IMG/VR virus record: IMGVR_UViG_3300027971_002090
Span: 1-45,805 of that record
DNA from: a virus
Taxonomy: Duplodnaviria; Caudoviricetes
Length of the DNA: 45,805 nucleotides
Direction: 5' to 3' (one strand)
In this document: in pieces, positions 26,731-35,067 of the stretch
How positions within the stretch are numbered: the first letter of the stretch is position 1
Layout: every line of letters begins with the position of its first letter
Program-made: the position numbers and the translations under genes
Notes under the pieces: generated by a model
Seen by the model: the letters and a program-made list of their open reading frames with translations, nothing else
Database searches by the model: none
What the model was told of the DNA's origin: nothing

Positions 26731-27273
26731 TCACCGCAACTCCTCGTTTCCTACGGTGGTTCCGTTGAACCGTATACTGTATTTAGTACTCAAGTCTCCG
26801 CTCCATCCCACCGTCTGAACACCACTAGCAGCCATCATGCCTAGCCCGTGGCGAACGCTGCTGCTCCAACGATCTGGAGTGGCTTCCACGAGCCTACGAA
26901 GCGTTACAACGCGCCGTATACCGAACTGTATGATTGTACGCGAACACTCTGCACACGCAGCCCAAGTGCCGTATAGCGTCAACCCTTCGGTTGGAAGACC
27001 GTTCTGCAACGCCTTGAATATTACCGCTCGTTCCGCGTGTTCGGTACAGAAATTCTTGGTGTCGGGGGTGTACGGGTAGTTGCAAAGCCGCTCGGGAACG
27101 CTGTTCCACGCTGCAAGCACCACGCCACCCGCAGGAACAACTAGAACCGCGCCCACCTGTGTGTTAGGGTCGGTGCTGTGACGAGCAGCCGCAAATGCGT
27201 CCTGCAAGTACATACGATCCACCCACCAATTGGCGGGATCTTCGGGGAGAACATCCGTCCAGTTACTGTCCAT
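26731..27273 (-). CDS. dCMP/cytidine deaminase-family zinc enzyme
   Basis: STDPNTQVGAV, EHAERAVI (HAE), ACAEC (CxxC), IIQFGIRRVV. Confidence 0.85.
   Translation of the reverse strand: MDSNWTDVLPEDPANWWVDRMYLQDAFAAARHSTDPNTQVGAVLVVPAGGVVLAAWNSVPERLCNYPYTPDTKNFCTEHAERAVIFKALQNGLPTEGLTLYGTWAACAECSRTIIQFGIRRVVTLRRLVEATPDRWSSSVRHGLGMMAASGVQTVGWSGDLSTKYSIRFNGTTVGNEELR
26780..26786 (-). promoter_or_regulatory. Putative late promoter CTAAATA upstream of uvsW (inside the deaminase gene)
   Basis: Heptamer about 50 nt upstream of the uvsW ATG, ahead of SD GAGGAG. Confidence 0.4.
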
Positions 27274-27697
27274 TCACGAACTTTCTCCAGTCAATGGCAC
27301 ACCGAATTTTCCAGTGGCGATTATTGAGTTCCTTGACAATCTCTTCAAGGAGTGCGATCTTTTCCTTTTGATACACCACCTTCTGCTGTAGTTTGGCAAG
27401 GTCGGAATCGGATTCCAAATACAGGTCAAGATCGTTACGCAGAATCTTCAGGGGGAATGGCTCCCATCCACGCGCCGTGAGTTCTTCATGGGACATCTTG
27501 CCTGTGTAGTACTCCCACTTGGCGCGGAGCAGCGACTTCAGGTCAAACTCGTGTTTGCTCATAGCCAACTTCTCGTCCATGAGAAAGTTCAGGTACTTGC
27601 TGTGTAGTTGGGGAATCTTCAGGGCTTCAAGATCAAGCGCAGCATCGTCCAACCGCACATCGCGCTCAATCTCTTTGCGTATATCGTCTAGGGTCAT
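27263..27697 (-). CDS. uvsY: Recombination mediator UvsY
   Basis: LDLEALKIPQLHSKYL, EYYTGK, YLESD, IRCAIDWRKF..G. Confidence 0.92.
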   Translation of the reverse strand: MTLDDIRKEIERDVRLDDAALDLEALKIPQLHSKYLNFLMDEKLAMSKHEFDLKSLLRAKWEYYTGKMSHEELTARGWEPFPLKILRNDLDLYLESDSDLAKLQQKVVYQKEKIALLEEIVKELNNRHWKIRCAIDWRKFVNGQ

Positions 27698-27718
27698 AAT
27701 GAGTTCTCCGTGTTGGAG

Positions 27719-27746
27719 AGTCTACACCATCTGCACCCACAATCAA
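27719..27746 (-). promoter_or_regulatory. Possible sigma70-type promoter upstream of uvsY
   Basis: TTGATT-N16-TAGACT in the gene 3-uvsY intergenic region, followed by a GGAG SD. Confidence 0.45.
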
Positions 27747-27766
27747 GCAGCAATCACAATAAAATA

Positions 27767-28291
27767 TCAGTATTGTTCAATAGAGTAACTGCGGTATCCA
27801 AAAATAACCGTTGACTGAATGGGTTCAGGATCAATCAGTACGGAAGAGAAATCTATGGACGATAGGTTCTTGGGGTACAGCCCATCAAAGGTTACATTCA
27901 AGCGAGGCTGTTTGCCGCTGTTCAACACAATCAAGTTTGCGGTTGTGAGGTGGGTGTTTACGGAACGGAATTCGTTGTAATTTTCCACATTGGTGCATGA
28001 CCGCATCCAGTTGTATATCTCAAGCCAATTTGTTAGATTCTCGTCCACCACGAAAGTAATGCTCAGATCGTCAAACTCCATTTTGGATGGAGTCTTGATG
28101 GGCACAAACGGATTGGGAACCGCCACATCAGTCAAGGTCACGGACGGGATGGAAGCCGTCTGACAAAAGTAAGTCATATTGGGAGTCCGATTCATGGTGA
28201 AGCGGAAGTAGGTCGGCAGCAGAGCGTTGATGCTCTCAGGATACCGATCCTTGATGTCTTCGGGGAAATCAAATTCGAAAGTGTGTGCCAT
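27767..28291 (-). CDS. 3: Tail completion/tube terminator gp3
   Basis: N.L.PT.FRF...R.P...YFCQTASIPSV, FDDLSITFVVDENL.NWLEIYNW, YP..LSSIDF. Follows gene 23 as in marine T4-like phages. Confidence 0.85.
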   Translation of the reverse strand: MAHTFEFDFPEDIKDRYPESINALLPTYFRFTMNRTPNMTYFCQTASIPSVTLTDVAVPNPFVPIKTPSKMEFDDLSITFVVDENLTNWLEIYNWMRSCTNVENYNEFRSVNTHLTTANLIVLNSGKQPRLNVTFDGLYPKNLSSIDFSSVLIDPEPIQSTVIFGYRSYSIEQY

Positions 28292-28296
28292 ACTAG

Positions 28297-28303
28297 TATG
28301 TAG
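28297..28303 (-). promoter_or_regulatory. Putative variant late promoter CTACATA upstream of gene 3
   Basis: Lies directly after the gp23 terminator and 5 nt before the ATG, so the transcript may be leaderless. The same motif precedes genes 22 and 18. Confidence 0.55.
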
Positions 28304-28335
28304 AAAAGAAAAGGGGAGGGCACGAAGCCCTCCCC
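28304..28335 (-). terminator. Rho-independent terminator after the major capsid gene
   Basis: GGGGAGGGC-TTCGT-GCCCTCCCC (9-bp stem, UUCG-containing loop) followed by TTTTCTTTT. Confidence 0.92.
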
Positions 28336-28360
28336 CATCTTTTGCCTTGTGAGCAGTCTA

Positions 28361-29812
28361 TTACGAAGCCACTCCGTGGAGGTTGTCCACGCGGAAGATA
28401 CGGTAGTAGACATTGCCACGGGGCTTCAGACCACCGTAGCCAACCGTGGAGCCTTCCGCGAAGGGATTCGCAACCATGCCGTAGCGGGTCTTGAATGCCA
28501 TCTTGGGCTGGAAGGTGCTGGTATCAACAGCGCGCATCATCTGTAGCGGAACATAGGGGCAGTAGAACAGACCCGCATCATACGGGCTGCTTCCCTTATA
28601 TCCAACGCAGACGAAGTTGGGAGCAGTACCAGTCGGATCAACATACGGATCAATGTACACCTTGATTTTGCCGTTGAGCGTACCTGCGAAGGTGTTACCC
28701 GTGTCGTCAACATCGAGAGAGGTGTTCAGCGCGGGGCTGATGTTGAGGAAGCCGCCCATTGCGAGAGCAGAAGCAACATCTGCGGAGCAGATGATGAAGT
28801 TGCCCTTGCCGCGACGGGTATCCTTGGCGATCTGATTGCACTCACGCTCAATCTGGAACATTAGACCACGGAACTTTTCCGCGCTCCAACGACCATCCGA
28901 GTCCTGAATGAGATCGTACACGCCGCCGTAGGTGGAAGATGCTCCACCGAGGGTCAGACCACCAGCAACGGTCTTGTAGTACAGATCACTCTGCTGTGCG
29001 CCGAGTTTCGCTGTCTTGTAGATGTTGCGGATGACCTCGCGGTTGATTTCCGTGAGGATTTCGGTGCTGAGGATGTTGGCGAGTTCCGTCTCAGCGTCAA
29101 GACCGTGAACAGCCTTGAGATCCTGAGCCAGTTCAACGCTGTACGATGCAGCAAGCATACGAGTCGAAGCCTGAACAGCCACGCGCTCAATGCTGAATGC
29201 CATTTCGGCAGGACTCATACCTTCGCCAACGCTCGTCTGAATACCCGAGCCAGTGGTCAGACCGCTATCGGTAGTCGGATTGAGGGAAGTGCCAAGGTAA
29301 CCGTAGAACGGATCAACATTAGTGCCTGCACCGAATGCAGTAAGACTACCACCCGAACCACCAGCAGGTCCACCTGAACCACCGCTGTTGGTGGCAAAAG
29401 TAGAACCGCTGAATGTAGTAGCGGCTTCGTTGTACAGAGCCTCAGTGCCGCCCTGTGTGCTGTACTTGGTACGCATTGCGAAGATCAAGCCTGTCGGAGC
29501 CGACATAGCCTGAACGCCGCAAACATCGTAAGCCATCAGGTTGGGCATGGCGCGACGAACCAACTGGATGAGAATTGGATCGTAACCCTGCATATTTGCG
29601 TTGCCGCTGATAACAGCCGACATACCTGCACCACCCGAGTTGGCTGGTGCTTCAACGAGCATCTGCTCGCGGATAGCCTTCTCCTGGTTCTCCAGAAGGG
29701 TAGCCATTGTGGCGCGCTTATGGGCATCCGTAATCGGAGCCATGTCCTTGTGGTCGAGAACGGGCTTCCACTTACGGATAGCCTGCTCTGTTAGAAACTT
29801 ATCTTCTGCCAT
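28361..29812 (-). CDS. 23: Major capsid protein gp23
   Basis: KWKPVL, ATLLENQE, DPILIQLVRRAMPNLMAYDVCGVQAM..PTGLIFAMR, ELAQDLKAVHGLDAETEL, YDAGLFYCPYVPLQM, FKTRYG. Confidence 0.98.
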   Translation of the reverse strand: MAEDKFLTEQAIRKWKPVLDHKDMAPITDAHKRATMATLLENQEKAIREQMLVEAPANSGGAGMSAVISGNANMQGYDPILIQLVRRAMPNLMAYDVCGVQAMSAPTGLIFAMRTKYSTQGGTEALYNEAATTFSGSTFATNSGGSGGPAGGSGGSLTAFGAGTNVDPFYGYLGTSLNPTTDSGLTTGSGIQTSVGEGMSPAEMAFSIERVAVQASTRMLAASYSVELAQDLKAVHGLDAETELANILSTEILTEINREVIRNIYKTAKLGAQQSDLYYKTVAGGLTLGGASSTYGGVYDLIQDSDGRWSAEKFRGLMFQIERECNQIAKDTRRGKGNFIICSADVASALAMGGFLNISPALNTSLDVDDTGNTFAGTLNGKIKVYIDPYVDPTGTAPNFVCVGYKGSSPYDAGLFYCPYVPLQMMRAVDTSTFQPKMAFKTRYGMVANPFAEGSTVGYGGLKPRGNVYYRIFRVDNLHGVAS

Positions 29813-29856
29813 GTTAGTATCTCCTTGAAACTTTTAAAACAGTCTGCGACTGTGAA

Positions 29857-31119
29857 TTACTCTCGTGTCTTGCTCATTGAGCGCACATATGCCTCAACAA
29901 GCGGTGAAGCCTCGGAAGCGTCTTCGTAGGATTCCTCAAGGGAACCTTCTTCGGTTGCTTCTTCGGTTACGGTGGAGCCGATGGTTTCAATGTTCTCGCG
30001 GAGAACGCTGACCTTCTCGGCAAACTGCTCAACGGTGTCGAAATCCAGGTCTTCTGCAAGACGACGGAGTTTTTCCACCTCTGTATCAGTTAGTCCTTCG
30101 GAAATCTCGCGGAAGACGATCTCGCACTTCAACTGCTCAATCTCTTCAGCCAGTTCCATGTTCTTTTCAACCTGCTCGTGGAGTTCGCCGTCCAGTGTTT
30201 CAGCCTGCTCAACGGTGGACTCGAACAGATCCAACTTCTCTTCGGGAACCTCAATGTACGACTCAGCAAAGAGCGAACGGAGGTTGCCAATGAAGTTCTC
30301 GGTGATCTCGGTGCGGAGTCCCTGCTCAACAGCAAGGCGGTTCTCCTGCATCCACTCCTCAACCACATAGTTCAGGTAGTCGTCAATGCGCTCAACGAGT
30401 TCTTCGGTGACAGCCACGGTGTGCTGCTCAAGAAGCGTCTCGTACTTGGCATGAACTTCTTCCTCAATCTGGTGGACGCGCTCGTTGAGGTGAGCCTCAA
30501 AGAGTGTAGCAGCCGAAGCCTTGAACTCTTCGGAGAGTTCCTGACCGCTGAAGAGGGCATCAATGTCTTCCTTCTTCATGGTGGGCTTCTCTACCTTGCC
30601 GTTGGCAGCACTCGCCTTGGGAGTGATGGTCTTGCGATTGTACTTGTCGTCACTGATTGCCTTGCCAGTGTGGTCAAGGTCAATGGCGTTGCCGATGTTG
30701 GCGGTCTTGCCGTTGGCAGTCTTGTACAGTTTGTCGCTGGAATAGGCATCTTCCTTCTCAATGTACTTCTTGCCCTTGAGATCGGTCATAGACAGGGCAT
30801 TAATCTCGGCGGCTTCTTCCACTTCGGTCTTGCCCTTCTTCTTGCCGAACTTGCCCTTGAGGAAAGCAGGCATCTTCTTCTCGCCCTTGTCTTCCTCTTC
30901 GGTGTCTTCGTCTTCTTCCTCGGAGTCGTCTTCGTCTTCAGACTCTTCGTCCTCGGACTCTTCCTTCTCCTTGGCTTCGTCTAGGTCTTCCTCGTAGAGT
31001 TCACCTTCATCGGAGGTGTCTTCTCCCTCGGTGATCTCCTGCTCCTCAGCGTTTTCGGCTAGGAAGCCTTCGCCCAGGATTACCTTCTTGATGACATCTT
31101 CGATGTTTTCTCTTGCCAT
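29857..31119 (-). CDS. 22: Prohead core scaffold protein gp22 with acidic N-terminal extension
   Basis: LSEEFK..AATLFEA, IDDYLNYVVEEWM.EN.LAVE.GLRTEI, LF.ESYIEVPEEK. Confidence 0.92.
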   Translation of the reverse strand: MARENIEDVIKKVILGEGFLAENAEEQEITEGEDTSDEGELYEEDLDEAKEKEESEDEESEDEDDSEEEDEDTEEEDKGEKKMPAFLKGKFGKKKGKTEVEEAAEINALSMTDLKGKKYIEKEDAYSSDKLYKTANGKTANIGNAIDLDHTGKAISDDKYNRKTITPKASAANGKVEKPTMKKEDIDALFSGQELSEEFKASAATLFEAHLNERVHQIEEEVHAKYETLLEQHTVAVTEELVERIDDYLNYVVEEWMQENRLAVEQGLRTEITENFIGNLRSLFAESYIEVPEEKLDLFESTVEQAETLDGELHEQVEKNMELAEEIEQLKCEIVFREISEGLTDTEVEKLRRLAEDLDFDTVEQFAEKVSVLRENIETIGSTVTEEATEEGSLEESYEDASEASPLVEAYVRSMSKTRE

Positions 31120-31144
31120 GACTGTGAATCTCCTTCGTTGGAAA

Positions 31145-31151
31145 TATGTAG
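31145..31151 (-). promoter_or_regulatory. Putative variant late promoter CTACATA upstream of gene 22
   Basis: Intergenic; followed by SD GAAGGAG and the gene 22 ATG. Confidence 0.6.
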
Positions 31152-31156
31152 ACTAA

Positions 31157-31798
31157 TCAGAGTTTTGAAATGAAGTCTTTGAACAGCCGCATGGCTTGTT
31201 CTTCTAGATTACGCGATGAAGTCTTTTCAATGATCTTCTTGTAGTTCTCGACCTCCACAGGCTTGAGAACACCACCGTCCCAAATCCACTCCCGACCTTC
31301 CATGATGCCATTGACGAAAGCATTGGGAGCAGAGGGGTCTGCCACCACATCCACCGCAGCCAGCATGAAGTCTTCCTGCACAACATTCACCCCGTCCTGC
31401 TCCTTGAGACTGCCCATGCCACGGGACGAAACGCCCAGTTTGACACCTTCGTCAATAAGGTTGCGGACAATCTTGCCGTATGGGGTATCCAAAATCTTGG
31501 CTTTGCCGTACACATCAGTGCCTTCAAGCCGCAGATCCTTGATCAAGTGGGACACGCGCTCCAGGTTCACAGTTGGACCCTCAGGGTGTCCAAGTTCGCC
31601 CATTGCGCGGTTGGTCTTTACATATTCGTTCTGATAACGACCAAGTTCCTTCTCCATGACAGGCATGGGGTACACGCGACCGTTGCGATTCTTCGCTTCA
31701 GCCTGCATGAACACGCCTTCAATGAAGTAGTGCTTCTGACCGTCTTTGGTTTCGGTCAGAATATTGATGTCTTGAACGGTTTCGGTAATGAGTTTCAT
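31157..31798 (-). CDS. 21: Prohead protease gp21
   Basis: MKLITE, IEGVFMQAE.KNRNGRVYP, GELGHP, GVSSRGMGSL, VADPSAPNAFV. Confidence 0.97.
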   Translation of the reverse strand: MKLITETVQDINILTETKDGQKHYFIEGVFMQAEAKNRNGRVYPMPVMEKELGRYQNEYVKTNRAMGELGHPEGPTVNLERVSHLIKDLRLEGTDVYGKAKILDTPYGKIVRNLIDEGVKLGVSSRGMGSLKEQDGVNVVQEDFMLAAVDVVADPSAPNAFVNGIMEGREWIWDGGVLKPVEVENYKKIIEKTSSRNLEEQAMRLFKDFISKL

Positions 31799-32556
31799 TA
31801 GTCCTTGCCCGCCTTCTTTACCACCTTGCCGCCGCGACCGTACAGTTTCTTGGAGGCTACTTCTTTGTTGGACTGTGCAACGGCTTTATCGTAAGCCTTC
31901 TCAAGTCCTTTACCCTTCTTGATATGAGCAGAACTCTTGGCTTTACCGTCTTTCCACATTCCCTGACGATTAGAGGGATTCGTATATCTCCAAGCCTTTT
32001 CGTCAGCCTTGTCGATCTTCCTCTCATGCTCTTTTGCACGGGCGGCGGTGACTGCCATCTCGTCTAGTTCGGCTTCTTCCTTCACGGGCTTGCGCTTGCC
32101 CTTCACGATCTTGCCACCACGACCGTACAGTTTCTTGGAGGCTAGTTCCTTTTTAAATTTGTTGAAGGCACTGGAGTTAGTGATATTAGGATTCGTATAC
32201 GCAGCACGATCTATTGCGCTAGCGTGTTCACGCGCACGGGCGTCGGTGATTGCCATCTCGTCTAGTTCGGCTTCTTCCTTCATCGCACCAGCGGGAACGC
32301 CCTTGCCGAGTTTAGCCTTGTAGCCAGCCTTCTTGATCGTAGCGCGAGCAGCCTTGAACTTGTCTTCGCTTGCACCAGCGGGAACGCCAGTGTCAGGAGC
32401 GGTCTTGGCTTCGTTGAACACGCTGTTAGCCACATCGTAACGAGCCTCGTCCATAGCAAGCGAAGCCTTGGCGTACAAGGACTTGAAAACAAGTTCCTTC
32501 GCTTCCACGAAGTTCTTGTTTAGCATTGCTTTTGCGATCTGTTTGTTTGTGTCCAT
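31798..32556 (-). CDS. Prohead core/internal head protein (gp67/68-like N-terminus plus basic repeats)
   Basis: Located between genes 20 and 21. N-terminal helix resembling gp67; two KEEAELDEMA units and two ASKKLYGRGGK units. Confidence 0.65.
   Translation of the reverse strand: MDTNKQIAKAMLNKNFVEAKELVFKSLYAKASLAMDEARYDVANSVFNEAKTAPDTGVPAGASEDKFKAARATIKKAGYKAKLGKGVPAGAMKEEAELDEMAITDARAREHASAIDRAAYTNPNITNSSAFNKFKKELASKKLYGRGGKIVKGKRKPVKEEAELDEMAVTAARAKEHERKIDKADEKAWRYTNPSNRQGMWKDGKAKSSAHIKKGKGLEKAYDKAVAQSNKEVASKKLYGRGGKVVKKAGKD
31834..32388. repeat. Direct repeats inside the head core gene
   Basis: tgccatctcgtctagttcggcttcttccttca at 32053-32084 and 32251-32282; cgaccgtacagtttcttggaggcta at about 31835 and 32120; gcaccagcgggaacgcc at 32285 and 32372. 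Confidence 0.85.
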
Positions 32557-32579
32557 GTGCTGTCTCCTTTACGACCAAT

Positions 32580-32586
32580 TATTTAG
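32580..32586 (-). promoter_or_regulatory. Putative late promoter CTAAATA
   Basis: Upstream of SD AAAGGAG and the ATG at 32556. Confidence 0.6.
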
Positions 32587-32750
32587 TTCTCGGCTGCGTT
32601 TGACTGGGTTTCGGATGCGCCAGAGTCTGCAATTTCTCCCTGTAGCAGACTGTTTGAAATATATTCCCGCTCTTGAGAGATGCGCTCTGCCACCTTGTTT
32701 TGCAGGGAAGTAATCACAGCGGTCTTGAATTCTTCAAATGATTGAATCAT
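32583..32750 (-). CDS. 55-aa gp67-like prohead core protein (below the ORF-track cutoff)
   Basis: MIQSFEEFKTAVITSLQNKVAERISQEREYISNSLLQGEIADSGASETQSNAAEN*. SD AAGG upstream; occupies the T4 gene-67 position after the portal gene. Confidence 0.7.
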   Translation of the reverse strand: MIQSFEEFKTAVITSLQNKVAERISQEREYISNSLLQGEIADSGASETQSNAAEN

Positions 32751-32761
32751 GGTGTACACCT

Positions 32762-34408
32762 TTAGGCGTTGTAGCCTTGTTCGTCATCGGGAACAATCTC
32801 ACCAATGGTGATCTGTGGCTGCTCACCGCCTTGTGGAGCGGGTGTAGGCGCGGGTGCAGGGGCAGGTTCGCCTTCAGGGGCAACGCCAGCAGCGGCTTCA
32901 GGAGGCGCAATAATTCCTGCTGCCTGCTCTTCCTTGATCTGCTTATCAATCTGCTCCACATCGTCCTCGGTCTGACGCAGAATGCTCTTACGCACCCACT
33001 CACGGGAGTAGTACTTGCCCACAAAGTCTTCTGCATCGCGTGCGCTGGCAAGACGATCCTTGAGAATTTCACTTTCCTTGAGTTCAGAGAAGTGCGAGTC
33101 CTTGGCAAACTTGAAAGCAATTCTGGACTCAATCTCTTCCCATTCGTCTTCACGGATCACGCCCTTGAGAACCAACTGCACACGCAGCAGTTCAAGGAAT
33201 ACTTCAGAGAACTTCATACGAAGGCGTTCAATGAACTTGAAGAATTTCACTTCATCGCGTGAAATCTCGGACGAGCGACCCATGTTGAAGCCTGTGCCTT
33301 CTTCAAGACGGGACACAGGAACATTGAGGGCTTGGAACAGTTTCTTTTGGAAATACTTGACATCATCCATTTCCGAAAGATTCTGTCCGCCTTCCAGCGT
33401 GGTGATCTCTGTGCCGCGACCGCCTTCACGGCGAGGCATCCAGAAGTCCTCAAGCATGGACAGGTGCTTGCGTGAATCTGCAAGTTCACCTGTCTGTGGA
33501 TCGTACATGAGTTTGTTGCGGTACTTCTGCATGAGTCCGCGCACATACTCTTCAGCCTTTTGCTTGGGCAGGTTTCCGACATCCACATAGAACACGCGCC
33601 GCTCGGGAGCGCGGGTGATGCGGTAGATCACCACTGCGTCCTCAATCATGCGGAGTTGGTTTAGAGCCTTGATAGCCTTGTGCAGATAGCCAATCACTTT
33701 CTTGCGATAGCCGTCAAACAGACCGCTGTGTACAAAGCAGATGGAGTCTGGCTGAATCTTCAGCCCTTCCATTGACAGCGCGGTGGAGCCTGGCTCCTGT
33801 TCGCTGTACACATAGAACTCTTCCACCGAAGTCACCACCTGTGCGCCCTGTGGAGCCTGCTGCGACATGGGCTTCTTGTGGATCTTGCGAATCTTGCGGA
33901 TCTTCACAGGATCAATAGGGCGCAACTCCTGAATGCCCTTTTTCTTGTTCTTGTCGTCAATAATGATGTGGTAGTACAGGCGACCGTCCACATACCACTT
34001 GCGGAAAATCTCGTAGCCACGGCGCGAGAAGTTCAGGAGTTTTAGAATTTCATCAAACTCGCCCTCAACCTTGTCCTTGATGGACTTGGACTGCTTGAGA
34101 TTCGTGGTATCAACTTTCACGGTGGTAAAGGTGTCATCGTAGACAATGGCTTCATTGCAGATATCGGAAATGGCAGACTCCACTTCAGGATGGATTGCCA
34201 TGTCCCGATACTTGCGGATCAGGTCAAGATCAGTCTTGATTGCGCCATCAAAGTCAACAGCGGCTCCAAAGTAGCCACCCACTTCCATCGGAATTGCACC
34301 GTCATCATTGTCTGGTGCAACAAAAGAAAGAGACTTCTTTGGAGTTTCCTCCTTAGAAGTCTCCTTTTCTTGTTTGGAAATACTAAAGCCGAATAGATTG
34401 ATAGCCAT
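32762..34408 (-). CDS. 20: Portal protein gp20
   Basis: LFGFSI, YR.MA.HPEV, WYVDGR, NQLRMIEDAVVIYRITRAPERRVFYVDVGNLPK.KAEEY, EDFWMPRREGGRGTEITTL. Confidence 0.98.
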   Translation of the reverse strand: MAINLFGFSISKQEKETSKEETPKKSLSFVAPDNDDGAIPMEVGGYFGAAVDFDGAIKTDLDLIRKYRDMAIHPEVESAISDICNEAIVYDDTFTTVKVDTTNLKQSKSIKDKVEGEFDEILKLLNFSRRGYEIFRKWYVDGRLYYHIIIDDKNKKKGIQELRPIDPVKIRKIRKIHKKPMSQQAPQGAQVVTSVEEFYVYSEQEPGSTALSMEGLKIQPDSICFVHSGLFDGYRKKVIGYLHKAIKALNQLRMIEDAVVIYRITRAPERRVFYVDVGNLPKQKAEEYVRGLMQKYRNKLMYDPQTGELADSRKHLSMLEDFWMPRREGGRGTEITTLEGGQNLSEMDDVKYFQKKLFQALNVPVSRLEEGTGFNMGRSSEISRDEVKFFKFIERLRMKFSEVFLELLRVQLVLKGVIREDEWEEIESRIAFKFAKDSHFSELKESEILKDRLASARDAEDFVGKYYSREWVRKSILRQTEDDVEQIDKQIKEEQAAGIIAPPEAAAGVAPEGEPAPAPAPTPAPQGGEQPQITIGEIVPDDEQGYNA

Positions 34409-34437
34409 AAATAAAGAATCCTGTCAAAAAGAGAGTA

Positions 34438-35040
34438 TCAGAAGCCTGTGCCGATGACGGTATCAGGATTCTGAAGTCCAACACCGAACGGCGATCCAGT
34501 AGCAGGAACAGCAGCACCTGGAGCAGCCTCCCACCAAGAGTAGTTCAGAGTCACAGGAAATTCTGCAATCTGATCGTTGTTTTCGTAGGATAGATCAATC
34601 GCACCAACTTCGCTCGGGAAGCACCCAATGAAGTTGTATGTACGGACGGCTTCACCATCACGATACAACTGTGTCACCGACCAAGTAGGCATCTTCTGCA
34701 TAAAGGTGGTTTCGGTGACATTGGCAATGTGCTGATTGAAATAATTACTCCAACTTTCAAAAGCCGAACGCAGACTCAGGTTGGCATCAGACATGACCGT
34801 GATGCTCCAGTCCTGAAAGGTACGGTCGCCTGGCAGTTTGATGCGGCGACCACGATAAGGAACCTCAATTGTTCCAAGCGAGGAAGCGGGAATCTGTGCT
34901 GCCTTGACCAAGAAAGAAATTGCGATGTTGTTGTTATAGTCAGGGATGTTTCCCGTGACCATGAACAGATTGGTGCGAACACCACCACCAGAGAAGGCGT
35001 TTACGAATCCCGAAATGTTGTTTACTGGATTTACTGGCAT
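34438..35040 (-). CDS. 19: Tail tube protein gp19
   Basis: GGGVRTNLF, KAAQIPAS.LG.IEVPYRGR.IKLPGDRTF.DW, FP.EVGAIDLSY. Confidence 0.95.
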   Translation of the reverse strand: MPVNPVNNISGFVNAFSGGGVRTNLFMVTGNIPDYNNNIAISFLVKAAQIPASSLGTIEVPYRGRRIKLPGDRTFQDWSITVMSDANLSLRSAFESWSNYFNQHIANVTETTFMQKMPTWSVTQLYRDGEAVRTYNFIGCFPSEVGAIDLSYENNDQIAEFPVTLNYSWWEAAPGAAVPATGSPFGVGLQNPDTVIGTGF

Positions 35041-35057
35041 GGATTACTCCTTAGTTT

Positions 35058-35064
35058 TATTTAG
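35058..35064 (-). promoter_or_regulatory. Putative late promoter CTAAATA upstream of gene 19
   Basis: Intergenic, followed by SD TAAGGAG. Confidence 0.65.
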
Positions 35065-35067
35065 GCT

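Noticed and set aside
31834-32388. Repeats as a CRISPR array or DGR template/variable pair
   Set aside because: Only two copies each, in frame within a CDS, with no spacer periodicity, no adenine-specific mismatches and no reverse transcriptase nearby.
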